From contig CAVTVH010000001.1 of the NCBI GenBank assembly GCA_963738145.1, forward strand, positions 569,011 through 633,010: a DNA stretch of 64,000 bases, given 5' to 3'. Below, piece by piece: positions 9,834 through 20,034 of the stretch. A program made the translations under genes and the position numbers. The notes under the pieces are model-generated. The model was not told the DNA's origin. It was given only the letters and a program-made list of their open reading frames with translations, and did no database searches. This DNA comes from an uncultured bacterium. GTDB taxonomy: Bacteria > Babelota > Babeliae > Babelales > Vermiphilaceae. Position 1 is the stretch's first letter. Each line of letters opens with the position of its first letter.

Positions 9834-12547
9834 ATGAACTTTGATCCTAAAAAAACAGTCTACATTATCGATGGCTCATCATTTTTATATCGTGCTTATT
9901 ATAGTTTACGTCCCCTGCATTCAAGCAAAGGAATTCCCGTACAGGCAGTTTACGGTTTTTGCCGCATGATTAAGCGTTTAATTGATACGTTCCATCCGGC
10001 CTATATGGTGCTTGTCTGGGATAGTAAAGGCAAAACAACACGTCATGAACTATTGCCCTCATATAAAGCAACACGTCAAGCACCACCAAGCGATCTCTTT
10101 GAACAAAAAAAATATATTTTGCAGTTTGCCGATCTCATTGGGCTTAAGCAGCTGGCTCAACAAGGTATTGAAGCAGATGATATTATCTATTCTCTAGCAA
10201 AAGAGCGGGCAGATGAGGGAGATACCGTTGTCATGCTTACTGCTGATAAAGATATGGGGCAGGCATTGAGCTCCTTAGTGTACATGTATGATACATTTAA
10301 AGAAAAACTTATAGATGTTCCCGCCTTTGAAGCCGAAAAAGGCTTTCCAGTTAATAAACTTCCTTTTTATTATGCGCTCGTGGGCGATGCTTCTGACAAT
10401 ATTCCTGGCGTGAAAGGCATAGGAAAAACTGGGGCGCTCAAACTAGTTCAACAATTTGATTCCTTGATAGATCTCTATGAACATCTTGATCAAGTTGATA
10501 CAAAACGCATACGCGTTGCACTTGAAGCAGATAGAGAAAATGCTTTTCTTAGCCAAGATCTGTTTGTATTGCACTATTACCCAACGGGTTTGAGTAGAGA
10601 CGATTGCTCTTTTGATGAAAACAGTTGGGATCAAGCGCGTCCACTTTTTAAAGAACTTGATTTTAATTCGCTATTACAAGAATCAGGGGTAAAAAAAAAC
10701 GAGCAAAAGGTAGTTGATCCTCTGACGGTGCTTGCGAACTATGATTTTAGGGCCATTACAACTGAGCAAGAGTTAGATGAACTCTGTAAGAAGCTGAGAG
10801 AAACAGGATCGTTTGCACTTGATACAGAAACATTGGGGTTACAACCGCTTTCGGATGCTATGGTTGGCCTATCAATCTGCTATAAAGAAGGCATTGCCTA
10901 TTATATTCCTTTTGGTCATACGACGGGCGATCAACTTTCGCGAGATCAGATAGTGCGCGCCTTAAAGCCTATTCTAGAAGATCCAGCAATTGGCAAATAT
11001 TTACACAACACCAAATTTGATCAATTAGTTTTATTGTCGATAGGAATCCTTCTACAAGGTGTTGTTGATGATACCTGTATAGCAGCGTCATTATTGATGC
11101 CACAAGGGCAACGTAGTGGCCTTAAAAGCCTCTCAGAACATTTTTTTAATGAACCGATGTTGGCCTATGCTGATCTTATGAAACAGTACAAAATAAAAAA
11201 TTTTGCGCAGCTGCCGCTTGATGTTGCAACGCGCTATGCAGCAAGTGATGCTCACCAAACATTTAAATTGCAGCGCGTGTTAGCGCAAGAATTTGCCAAA
11301 GAGCCAACATTATATGCTGTCTATAAAACTATTGAGCTTCCCCTGGCACAGGTTTTGGTCCATATGGAGGCACATGGTATTTATTTAGAGAGCGTCGATT
11401 TACAGCAATTGAATGTAGAATTAACTAAGCGATTAATAGCCTTGGAGAATGAAATTATTTTGCTGGCCGATTATCAGCAAGGTGCCATTAACTTAAATTC
11501 GCCCAAACAAGTGCAGGAGTTATTGTTTGTAAAGTTACAACTGCCGCCCAAAAAAAAGAGCGCTAAAGGTGGCTATTCTACCGATCAGGAAGTATTGGAA
11601 CAGCTATCTGCATTGCATGTGGTGCCACGCCTCATTATCCAGTACCGCGAATTGGCAAAACTCAAGAGCACCTATGTTGAGGCACTACCTACCTACATTA
11701 ATCCCATAACTAAAAGAGTTCACACCACCTATAATCAAGTTTCGGTAGCGACAGGGCGGCTTGCAAGCTCTGATCCCAATCTACAAAACATTCCGGTTTC
11801 AGGAGAATTTGGTCTAGAGATTCGTGCTGCCTTTAAGGCAGAAACAGGCCACACCTTTATTGCTGCCGATTATTCTCAAATAGAGCTACGTGTGTTGGCG
11901 CATCTTTCTGGTGATGAGCAATTAACGCAGGCCTTCTTGCAAGGGCATGATATTCATGCGCAAACAGCATCACGATTATTTGATGTTTCGCTTGAACAAG
12001 TAACACATGAGCAACGGCAAATTGGCAAGCGTATCAACTTTAGTATTTTGTATGGCCTTACGCCGTATGGACTTTCAAAAGATTTAGGCATTTCATTTAA
12101 AGACGCTAAAACCTACATTGACAAGTATTTTGCGCAATATCCAAAAGTATCACGTTGGATGGAATCTGTTGTGGAGCATGCAAAGAAGAACGGCTTTGTA
12201 ACAACGTTTTTTGGACGTCGTCGTACAGTGCCCGCCATTTACGAACAAAATAAAGTTCTGTATGATGAAGCGGCTCGCATTGCAATTAATACCGTAGCGC
12301 AAGGGACAGCGGCTGAAATCATGAAGAAGGGTATGATACAACTTGATGAACAGTTCACACAGCAACACGTTGATGCGCATCTTGTTTTACAAATTCATGA
12401 CGAGTTGTTGGTGAGTGTGCGTGATGAACATGTTGCGCGCGCAGTTGAACTATTATTACGCATACCCTTGAATCAGTTGTAACATGGTCGGTGCCACTTG
12501 AAGTTACGGTACGTTCCGGTGCGACGTGGAAAGAAGTATCTAAATAA
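9834..12547 (+). CDS. polA: DNA polymerase I (C-terminal ~22 codons displaced into another frame)
   Basis: 5'-nuclease N-terminus, 3'-5' exo domain (FALDTETLGL) and Pol A motifs DYSQIELRVLAH, RQIGKRINFSILYG, QIHDELL. The ORF stops at 12482, but the conserved C-terminus ESVVTWSVPLEVTVRSGATWKEVSK* continues in the -1 frame to 12547. Confidence 0.9.
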
Positions 12548-12577
12548 ATTCATACATATACAAACATAGGGGCAGGC

Positions 12578-13138
12578 ATGAAACATGTGATGATCAAACT
12601 TATTATGGGCGCTTTGATCGTATCTACAAATGCACAAGTCTGTGCGAAGTTCGGTGATTCTATATCAGCAAAATTAAGTAATTATATATCAACAAAAAAT
12701 AAAGATTATGTGGCAGCTGCGGCACTTGGCGCGGCACAGGGAGGAATGGCGTCTATGCTCCTGAACCCCAAGTTATTTATTCCAAAGAAAGCGCGTTCAA
12801 CTGAGTGGGGATTCGGTGCAATAGAATCTGAAGAACCAATAGCAAGATCATCAGAAAGTTCATCTGCTTTGTTGGCCAGTGGAGCCTCTAGACATCCTAG
12901 ACCACATTTTGGTGGAAGTAGCCGCATCGGTCTTGGTATGGGGACTCTCATGATATCCGATAAGATCATGCTTGAGGATCTGATCACATTCGGGCCGGAA
13001 ACACTTAACAGTGAAAAAGCAGTTGCGATAGTTGAACATGCTCAAAGATTAAGAACGATACAAAGGACGGTCGCCTTGACTGTCTTCTTGGGAAGAGTTT
13101 TTGCTATGGCCAATCGGGCGCAGCCAAGATATCGATAG
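12578..13138 (+). CDS. hypothetical secreted protein
   Basis: 186-aa ORF with an N-terminal signal-like sequence. No family recognised. Confidence 0.35.
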   Translation: MKHVMIKLIMGALIVSTNAQVCAKFGDSISAKLSNYISTKNKDYVAAAALGAAQGGMASMLLNPKLFIPKKARSTEWGFGAIESEEPIARSSESSSALLASGASRHPRPHFGGSSRIGLGMGTLMISDKIMLEDLITFGPETLNSEKAVAIVEHAQRLRTIQRTVALTVFLGRVFAMANRAQPRYR

Positions 13139-13197
13139 AGATGATATTACCTCGAAAATGTTGAAATTATTTTTAACCAATAACAACAGGAGTTTTT

Positions 13198-13710
13198 ATG
13201 AAAAAGTCTATTTTATTCGTAGCGGCAGCGTGCTTGGTGGCAACTGCAGGTATGGAGGCGTCGTCATATAGTAGTTTGCGTGGTGACAATAGAGGGGGCG
13301 ACTCAAAACCAACAGTTTTGGTTGTTGAACGTGAGAAGCCAAAGGAAATGGGTTTTGCTGATTACATCAAAAAAGCCTTTAAAAATCCCCTAAGTGGAGG
13401 AGTCCTTTCTACTGCTATAGGCCGTGGTATTTCTTATGGACTCCATCATGAACTTAGATGGGGCGCTAAAAATGCTGGTAGCCTAGGCGCTTTCGTGGCT
13501 CTTGTATTAGCTGTTTTCACAGGCACAGAAGGGGGAGAGCGTGGTGATCTGGCAATAAAAGTGGGAGTAATGGGATTATCTGGCTTAGGTTCCTTAAAAC
13601 TATGGCCAGTTGCTGGCGGTGGACGTGGAGTTGGCCTAGACGGTCAACCAACCACAGTCGGCAGAACCAGCCCCCCATCTTCAAGCTCTTCAAGACCAGG
13701 ACAAGCATAG
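13198..13710 (+). CDS. hypothetical Gly-rich exported or membrane protein
   Basis: 170-aa ORF with signal peptide MKKSILFVAAACLVATAG, Gly-rich hydrophobic segments and a Ser/Pro tail. RBS AGGAG lies upstream. Confidence 0.35.
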   Translation: MKKSILFVAAACLVATAGMEASSYSSLRGDNRGGDSKPTVLVVEREKPKEMGFADYIKKAFKNPLSGGVLSTAIGRGISYGLHHELRWGAKNAGSLGAFVALVLAVFTGTEGGERGDLAIKVGVMGLSGLGSLKLWPVAGGGRGVGLDGQPTTVGRTSPPSSSSSRPGQA

Positions 13711-13725
13711 AGAATCACAATATAG

Positions 13726-13759
13726 CCGACCCTGTCCTCAAAAACAGGGTCGGTTCTTT
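13726..13759 (+). terminator. rho-independent terminator
   Basis: Perfect 10-bp stem CCGACCCTGT / ACAGGGTCGG with an 8-nt loop, followed by TTCTTT, just after the stop of the 13198..13710 ORF. Confidence 0.6.
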
Positions 13760-13775
13760 GGTCGCGTACCGTCCA

Positions 13776-13803
13776 TTGACATTTTTAACCATCCGAACAT
13801 ACT
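13776..13803 (+). promoter_or_regulatory. candidate sigma70 promoter upstream of rpmA
   Basis: TTGACA, 16-nt spacer, CATACT, about 105 nt upstream of the rpmA ATG. Confidence 0.4.
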
Positions 13804-13910
13804 AGAGTTAATTAGGTTCATGGAACGAGTCTAAGATAGGGTATATCAAGTCTGATATATCTAAAAATCAAAAAAATCTAAATTCTTATCAACAATTGCA
13901 AGGAATTGCG

Positions 13911-14165
13911 ATGGCAACGAGTAAATCCGGTGGTTCGACGACTAATGGTCGCGAGAGTATAAGTAAACGACTAGGCGTTAAACTTTTTGACGGCCAAGTT
14001 GTTCAAGGCGGAGAAATTATAGTTCGTCAACGTGGTACCCGCATCAATGCAGGTAAAATGGTTTCTCGAGCAGGTGACGATACCTTATTTGCCATGGGCG
14101 CTGGGGTTATCAAGTTCCATTTTGGTCGCAAAGGCCGTAAATACGTTTCTGTTCTTAAAGTATAA
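13911..14165 (+). CDS. rpmA: 50S ribosomal protein L27
   Basis: [43 protein letters not shown] aligns along its length with L27. RBS AAGGA. Confidence 0.9.
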   Translation: MATSKSGGSTTNGRESISKRLGVKLFDGQVVQGGEIIVRQRGTRINAGKMVSRAGDDTLFAMGAGVIKFHFGRKGRKYVSVLKV

Positions 14166-14231
14166 GCATGTTATAGTAGGCCTTTATCTTATAATCATAT
14201 CTAAAGGTGCCTACTATTTTCGGGGAGTGTC

Positions 14232-15119
14232 ATGATCGATTTTTTGAAGGTTCGTTTTATTACTGCGCTTATTTCTGGCGGTATCATCCTTGGTTCTCTG
14301 GGTATGTATATCTACAATATCCAACACCGAGGTAGTGGCTTCACCTATAGCATAGATTTTACTGGTGGAACGCAAGCGTTATTGCGGTTTTCATCTCCAA
14401 TAAGCAGTCAAGAGCTTAAAAATGTCTTGGAAAAAGAAGGGTGGAGAGGGGCGGTAATTAGAGAATTTTCAAATAATGAAGTCTTGGTACGTGTACAAGA
14501 ATTCGTAAACGATTCAAAGGGTCTTGCAGAGCGTATACGTCAAACAATTTCAACTGCGTTCCCTGATACCCAAGTTTCGGTTCTTCAAAGCGAGGCTGTT
14601 GGTGCCGGTGTTGGTGCCGAGCTGCGTAAAAATGCGATATTAGCAATCATATTAGCTCTTATAGCCATTGCCCTCTATATAGCCTTCGTATTTTGGTCGT
14701 TTGCCTTCGCACTTGGTGCCATTGTTTCCCTGGCTCATGATGCCCTTGTTATGGTGGCCTTATTCCTGTTCCTTGATAAAGATATATCAATCAATGTTAT
14801 TGCGGCGATTTTAGCGGTTCTGGGGTATTCGATTAATGATACGATTGTGATCTTCTCGGCCATACGCGCTAACTTGAAGAAGATGCCGGGAGTTCCTCTC
14901 TATCAGGTAGTCAATACGAGTATCAATCAGACGTTACGCCGTACCATTCTGACAACGCTGGCAACAACCTTAACGGTCGTGGCCATGTTACTCCTGGGTG
15001 GTGAATCGTTATATGACTTCTCGCTCACCCTGTTTGTAGGTATAGTATTTGGTGTCTACTCTACAATTTATATCGCCAGCCCTGTTATGATGATGTTCTA
15101 TAAAGAAAAAAAAGCTTAA
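14232..15119 (+). CDS. secF: protein translocase subunit SecF
   Basis: IDFTGGT, six-TM layout and YSINDTIVIFSAIR are typical of SecF. No secD is adjacent. Confidence 0.85.
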   Translation: MIDFLKVRFITALISGGIILGSLGMYIYNIQHRGSGFTYSIDFTGGTQALLRFSSPISSQELKNVLEKEGWRGAVIREFSNNEVLVRVQEFVNDSKGLAERIRQTISTAFPDTQVSVLQSEAVGAGVGAELRKNAILAIILALIAIALYIAFVFWSFAFALGAIVSLAHDALVMVALFLFLDKDISINVIAAILAVLGYSINDTIVIFSAIRANLKKMPGVPLYQVVNTSINQTLRRTILTTLATTLTVVAMLLLGGESLYDFSLTLFVGIVFGVYSTIYIASPVMMMFYKEKKA

Positions 15120-15240
15120 AATCTTGAATTTTATACGTTGAGTTTGTTACGATTATTTTAGTGATATGTGCATGCACGTACTGCAGCCATCTTAATATTC
15201 TTAAGCCAATAAAAAGAAAAAATCCAAAAACCGTTTCTAC

Positions 15241-15320
15241 CCCTCGATACACCCTACTTCGCTTTCATGGGAATAACTACGAAGTACCGCTTAGCTACGA
15301 AGGGCACTCGGGGCGATAGG
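15241..15320 (+). repeat. dispersed intergenic repeat, family B
   Basis: CCCTCGATACACCCTACTTCGCTTTCATGGG...CTACGAAGGGCACTCGGGGCGATAGG. Related copies lie at 19945-19996, 25279-25490 (reverse), 46536-46589, 60131-60193 and 61247-61315. Confidence 0.7.
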
Positions 15321-15400
15321 TTTGTTCAAAAGATTAGGTTAGTTCAAAGCGTGATAATACCATTTTCCAATCATAGTTATTTTTTTCAGGGAGGGGCTCA

Positions 15401-17108
15401 ATGAAAGCCCGAGACGTTCAGGATAAAGAAATAAAAGAGCAACAACTTGATACTCCAGATCAACAGAGTTCATCCGAGGGTGATTCTACGTCGATGCCGA
15501 CAACAACACCTCCTATTGAAGCACCATTGCCAGATCCTAAGCCAACAACAGGCGCTCCTCGAGGGGAACGTAAAGTTGTGGTTAGAGCGACTGAGCCAAA
15601 AGTGGAATCAATGAAAGAAGCCAAACAGCCACAGCAACAACAGTACGCCCAAGAAAAGACAGCCTCCCATGAGCGTGACGAACGGCCAAGAACTGATGCA
15701 CGACCTAAAGAATATGGATCGCAACAACATCGTGATTATAGATCAGGGCAAGGTGGAGGATCTCATCAACGTTCTCATTCTCCCCATAACAATAATGGCA
15801 ATCAATACTATCAACAGTCTCAGCAACAAGAGCCCTATAAGCAACCAACGCTTGAGGAGCTTTCTTTGCTCGATTTGAATACGTATGCTCGTCGTTTTGG
15901 TATCGTTGGTGCAAGTTTGCTTTCAAAGCCCGACCTTATTGCGCGCATTCGTTATGTAGAAGCGCATCCTGATTTAGAAATGGAAGTTGAGGGTGTTCTC
16001 GAAAAATTGCCCGATGGCTTTGGATTTTTGCGGTCAGCAAAATTTGATTATGTATCTGGGCCTGATGACGTGTATGTTTCCCCATCACAAATCAGACGCT
16101 TTAACTTAAAAACGGGTGATACGGTTACTGGTGTTATTCGTAAACCAAAAGAAGGTGAAAAATATTTTGCCTTACTTAAGGTTTCCAAAATAAATTACGA
16201 AGATCCGGCGCTCAGTGCTGATCGGCCAATGTTTGATCGTTTAACTCCGCTTCATCCAAATAAAAAATTTAATTTAGAAGCAGATCCTACCATACTATCT
16301 ACGCGTATTATGGATATCTTTACCCCGATTGGTAAAGGTCAGCGTGGTCTTATTGTAGCGCCACCAAAAGTGGGTAAAACGGTATTACTCAAAGAAATAG
16401 GTAAAGCCATAATTGCTAACCATCCGGAAGTCTACTTAATAGTGTTGTGTGTTGATGAGCGACCTGAAGAAGTTGCGGACATGAAGCGTACCGTTAAAGG
16501 GGCATCGGCAGAAGTGATAAGTTCTACTTTTGATGAATCTGCTGAACGTCACGTGCAAGTTGCAGAAATTGTGTTAGAAAAAGCAAAACGTATGGTAGAA
16601 GCGGGCAAAGATGTTGTTATCTTACTTGATTCTATAACGCGTTTGGCCCGAGCTTACAATACAACGGCACCGGCCTCAGGCAAGGTGTTAACGGGTGGTA
16701 TTGATGCTAACGCATTGCAACGGCCAAAGCGATTCTTTGGTGCGGCACGTAACACTGAAGAAGGTGGTTCATTAACTATTATCGCTACGTGCTTTAATTG
16801 ATACTGGTTCACGTATGGATGAGGTTATTTACGAAGAATTTAAGGGTACGGGTAATATGGAAATGCATATGACACGTAAGCTTTCTAATCGTCGTGTATA
16901 TCCTGCCTTTGATCTTGTACAATCAGGAACTCGTCGCGATGAGCTCTTGCTCAATGAAGAAGAACTGAATAAGGTGTGGATATTGCAAAAGTTCTTATCA
17001 ACGATGAATACGACTGAGGGTATGGAATTCCTCATCGAACGCATGAAAAAGAGTAAGACTAATAAAGAGTTCGTCGATTCTATTAACAAGAAAACGGGTG
17101 CGTTGTAA
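15401..17108 (+). pseudogene. rho: transcription termination factor Rho, interrupted by a 1-nt frameshift near 16790, with a ~150-aa low-complexity N-terminal extension
   Basis: ORF 15401..16801 contains the Rho N-terminal and RNA-binding domain, Walker [16 protein letters not shown], and ends [15 protein letters not shown] 16815..17108 continues [35 protein letters not shown]. Dropping one base at ACG-T-GCT restores [15 protein letters not shown]. Confidence 0.9.
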
Positions 17109-17120
17109 AACAGTTGATTT

Positions 17121-18146
17121 CTAGAATATATCCAAAGTCAGATCAGAGAATAGCCCCTGTTGTGCCTTATAGCTTCCTACAAAGGCAATCATGCCAGCAT
17201 TGTCGGTGCAGTAGCGTGGTGATGGTGTGAAGAATTTTTTACCGTGCTCCTCGCATAATGCGCGAAGACGATTTTTGATATACGCATTACAAGCAACACC
17301 GCCGACAAAAGTGATTGCTTGTACATGGGGATAAAGCTCAAGAGCTTGTTCAATTTTTTGTTCAAAAATATCGGCTATACAGACTAAAAGTGAGCTAGCA
17401 ACCTGTTGCTTAAGCAGCTCATCATTCGCACGTAAAAAAGTTTTGGTGGCCATGTCGTAAGCATTTCTTTTTACCAAGTCGTAGAGCACTGCAGTTTTGA
17501 GGCCAGAAAAACTAAAATCGAGCGTTTTGTGTTTTGCTCGTGGGTAGGCAAAAAAATCTTCAAAGTTAACCTGCGCTGCCATTTTTTCTATAATGGGCCC
17601 ACCTGGATAGGGCAATCCCATGAGTTTGGCTATTTTATCAAATGCCTCGCCAGCAGCATCATCAACCGTGTGGCCTATCGTATCATAATCACCAAAACCA
17701 CGAATATAATACAAGGATGTGTGCCCTCCAGAAGCGGTAATACATAGATGCGGAAAAGGAACGTTATTTTCAATCGATGCAGAAAAAGCATGGCCTTCAA
17801 GATGGTTAATGCCAATAATTTTCTTATCCAGCGCCCATGCCATCCCTTTAGCGAAACAAAGACCAACGAGCAAAGAGCCGGGCAATCCTGGCGTGGATGT
17901 GATTGCAATAACATCAATATCATTGAGGGTGATCTGTGCGTTATCAAGCGCAAGCTGAATAATAGTATTAATTTTTTCAAGATGCGAACGTGACGCTATT
18001 TCTGGAACCACACCGCCATGTGCTTTATGCATGTCTATCTGGGAAAAAAGTACGTTTGAAAGCATACCGCGCTCGTGCTGATACACGGCAGCAGCTGTTT
18101 CATCGCACGATGTTTCTATACCAAGAACCTTAGGGTTAGTTTTCAT
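17121..18146 (-). CDS. tsaD: tRNA N6-adenosine threonylcarbamoyltransferase
   Basis: VLGIETSCDETAAAV, HLEGH, SGGHT and GVACN motifs of the Kae1/TsaD family. Confidence 0.9.
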   Translation of the reverse strand: MKTNPKVLGIETSCDETAAAVYQHERGMLSNVLFSQIDMHKAHGGVVPEIASRSHLEKINTIIQLALDNAQITLNDIDVIAITSTPGLPGSLLVGLCFAKGMAWALDKKIIGINHLEGHAFSASIENNVPFPHLCITASGGHTSLYYIRGFGDYDTIGHTVDDAAGEAFDKIAKLMGLPYPGGPIIEKMAAQVNFEDFFAYPRAKHKTLDFSFSGLKTAVLYDLVKRNAYDMATKTFLRANDELLKQQVASSLLVCIADIFEQKIEQALELYPHVQAITFVGGVACNAYIKNRLRALCEEHGKKFFTPSPRYCTDNAGMIAFVGSYKAQQGLFSDLTLDIF

Positions 18147-18895
18147 GTGGAGATAGCCAAAACTGTTTTTATAGAATGGTCAAAACGAACTTCTTGTTTT
18201 ACTTGGCTGTGGAGGGCGTTGTAATCAAGAGAAGAAAGAAGCATTTGTGCCGATGAGTCGTGGAGTCTTTTTTCTGATCCAGTTATAGCTAAGATATTTT
18301 TGTCGATAATTATAGTAGGAAGTTCAACACAATTACCGCCACGTATTTCTTCTATAAAAGCGGGATTGTAGCAGATGATAATGCATGTATCGGGTATTTT
18401 ATTATCATTAAATATCAACTTTTCCTCTCTCACTTGCCAGAAGAATTGCGGTGAAGAACTCTTTTTATGGTCATCGATTGATTCTTCGGGGATGACTTCT
18501 TTAAGCTGTAGGGTGTAAAACTTGTATTTTTTACGCGGATCTATTTTAAGGTGTTTGACTGTGGCGCCTTCTGTTTCGAATAAAATACCCTCGATAATGA
18601 GGATATTAAAATAGGTTTGTGCGCGATCATCGGTGATGCTGAATAAAATACGTTTCGTGTTGTTATCAGCGATACACTTAATTTTGTAGCCACTGCAGTA
18701 AATTGAAATGTCGGGTATTGTCGTAAGCGAGCGGGGAAATTGTATGGTCCCCATAAAAAGCATAGGATTGCGCGGTTTCAGATCATTTCCTAGGGCATTG
18801 TTGTAGAATGCGCATACCAGATATACCCAGATGAAATAATGGTTGATCATGAGACATCCCCAAGGTAGAAGGCTATACATTGTGTTAGTAACCAT
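18143..18895 (-). CDS. hypothetical protein (signal or anchor at N-terminus), overlaps tsaD start by 4 nt
   Basis: 250-aa ORF. The start may instead be MINHYF at 18847. No family recognised. Confidence 0.4.
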   Translation of the reverse strand: MVTNTMYSLLPWGCLMINHYFIWVYLVCAFYNNALGNDLKPRNPMLFMGTIQFPRSLTTIPDISIYCSGYKIKCIADNNTKRILFSITDDRAQTYFNILIIEGILFETEGATVKHLKIDPRKKYKFYTLQLKEVIPEESIDDHKKSSSPQFFWQVREEKLIFNDNKIPDTCIIICYNPAFIEEIRGGNCVELPTIIIDKNILAITGSEKRLHDSSAQMLLSSLDYNALHSQVKQEVRFDHSIKTVLAIST

Positions 18896-18984
18896 ATATT
18901 CTGAAATTCAAGAATATCTTTGTGTATGATACCCCAAATATAACTACGTTTCAAACGTTACTCCGTAGGTAAGGTCTTTAGAGT

Positions 18985-19473
18985 ATGATGCGACGAATTT
19001 CTCAGTGGCTTGCTTCATTAGTGGTTCATGAACGATCGAGTGCAAAATTGGCTTTTTCCTTTTGTATGGGTATTTATATAGCCTTTTCTCCCTTTGTTGG
19101 TTTTCATACGCTTATGACCTTTGTCATTGTCTGGTTATTGGGCCTCAATTTAGCGGTTACTTTTGCGGCGTCTTGCCTATTGCATAATCCTTGGACAACC
19201 ATTCCTATTTACGGTTTTGATTATATTTTTGGTGAATGGCTCCTCAAAACAGTTATGGGTCTTGATAGTTTAGCCATGAACCCATCATGGATGTTGTCGG
19301 TCAACGATACTCTATCTACCTATCTTGGCACGCCGCATATTGCCCTTTGGTCGTTTATGATAGGGGGCAATATATTAGGGATTGTATTTAGCTTTGGCCT
19401 TTATCCTATCATGAAGAAGCTCTTTATTAAGCTTGTTGAAAAAGTGCATGGCATTGCTAGCGTAGAGGGGTAG
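18985..19473 (+). CDS. small integral membrane protein (DUF2062-like)
   Basis: 162 aa. The pattern AFSFCMGIYIAFSPFVGFHT..NPWT..P plus three or four TM helices resembles the DUF2062 family as I recall it. Confidence 0.5.
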   Translation: MMRRISQWLASLVVHERSSAKLAFSFCMGIYIAFSPFVGFHTLMTFVIVWLLGLNLAVTFAASCLLHNPWTTIPIYGFDYIFGEWLLKTVMGLDSLAMNPSWMLSVNDTLSTYLGTPHIALWSFMIGGNILGIVFSFGLYPIMKKLFIKLVEKVHGIASVEG

Positions 19474-19476
19474 TTT

Positions 19477-19941
19477 ATGGGAATCAAAGTTATTGCCCAG
19501 AACAAAAAGGCTTTTTTTGAATATGAAATTTTAGACAAACTCGAGGCGGGCCTTGTGCTCACCGGCGATGAAGTTAAATCAATTCGGGCCGGGCAAGTTT
19601 CCCTCATAGGAGCATTTGCCGTTGTCACCAATGGCGAACTTTTTATGATCAACTGTACCATTGCTCCCTATAAACAGGCCTATACCAAGCGGGACGATCT
19701 TGCTACCAGAAGTCGCAAATTGCTCCTGGCAAAACGAGAAATTTCTAGAATTGTTGGTGATATCTCCCGTAAAGGGGTAACGATAGTGCCATTGAGTATC
19801 TATTTTAATGATCGGAATTTCATTAAAGTCGAGCTTGGTATATGTAAGTCGAAAAAAGCAGCAGGTAAAAAACAAGCAATTAAGGAGCGGGACATCGAAC
19901 GGCAAACACGTCGTGAAGTTAAGGATGTGTATAAGTATTAG
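19477..19941 (+). CDS. smpB: SsrA-binding protein SmpB
   Basis: AQNKKAFFEYEILDKLEAGLVLTGDEVKSIRAG..RSRKLLL.KREI and a basic C-terminal tail. Full-length SmpB pattern. Confidence 0.9.
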   Translation: MGIKVIAQNKKAFFEYEILDKLEAGLVLTGDEVKSIRAGQVSLIGAFAVVTNGELFMINCTIAPYKQAYTKRDDLATRSRKLLLAKREISRIVGDISRKGVTIVPLSIYFNDRNFIKVELGICKSKKAAGKKQAIKERDIERQTRREVKDVYKY

Positions 19942-19996
19942 ACCTGATCTTCGCTACTTACGTAGCTCCGTGGGAATTCCCTTTATTATTTTCGGG

Positions 19997-20027
19997 CCCC
20001 AATCGCAGCCTTTTGGCGAGATTGGGT
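19997..20027. repeat. hairpin repeat, family A (CCCAATCGCAG...GCGAGATTGGG)
   Basis: Imperfect palindrome between the smpB stop and the tmRNA copy 1 3' end. Related copies at 20532-20557 and 46590-46618. Confidence 0.7.
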
Positions 20028-20034
20028 GAAAGTT

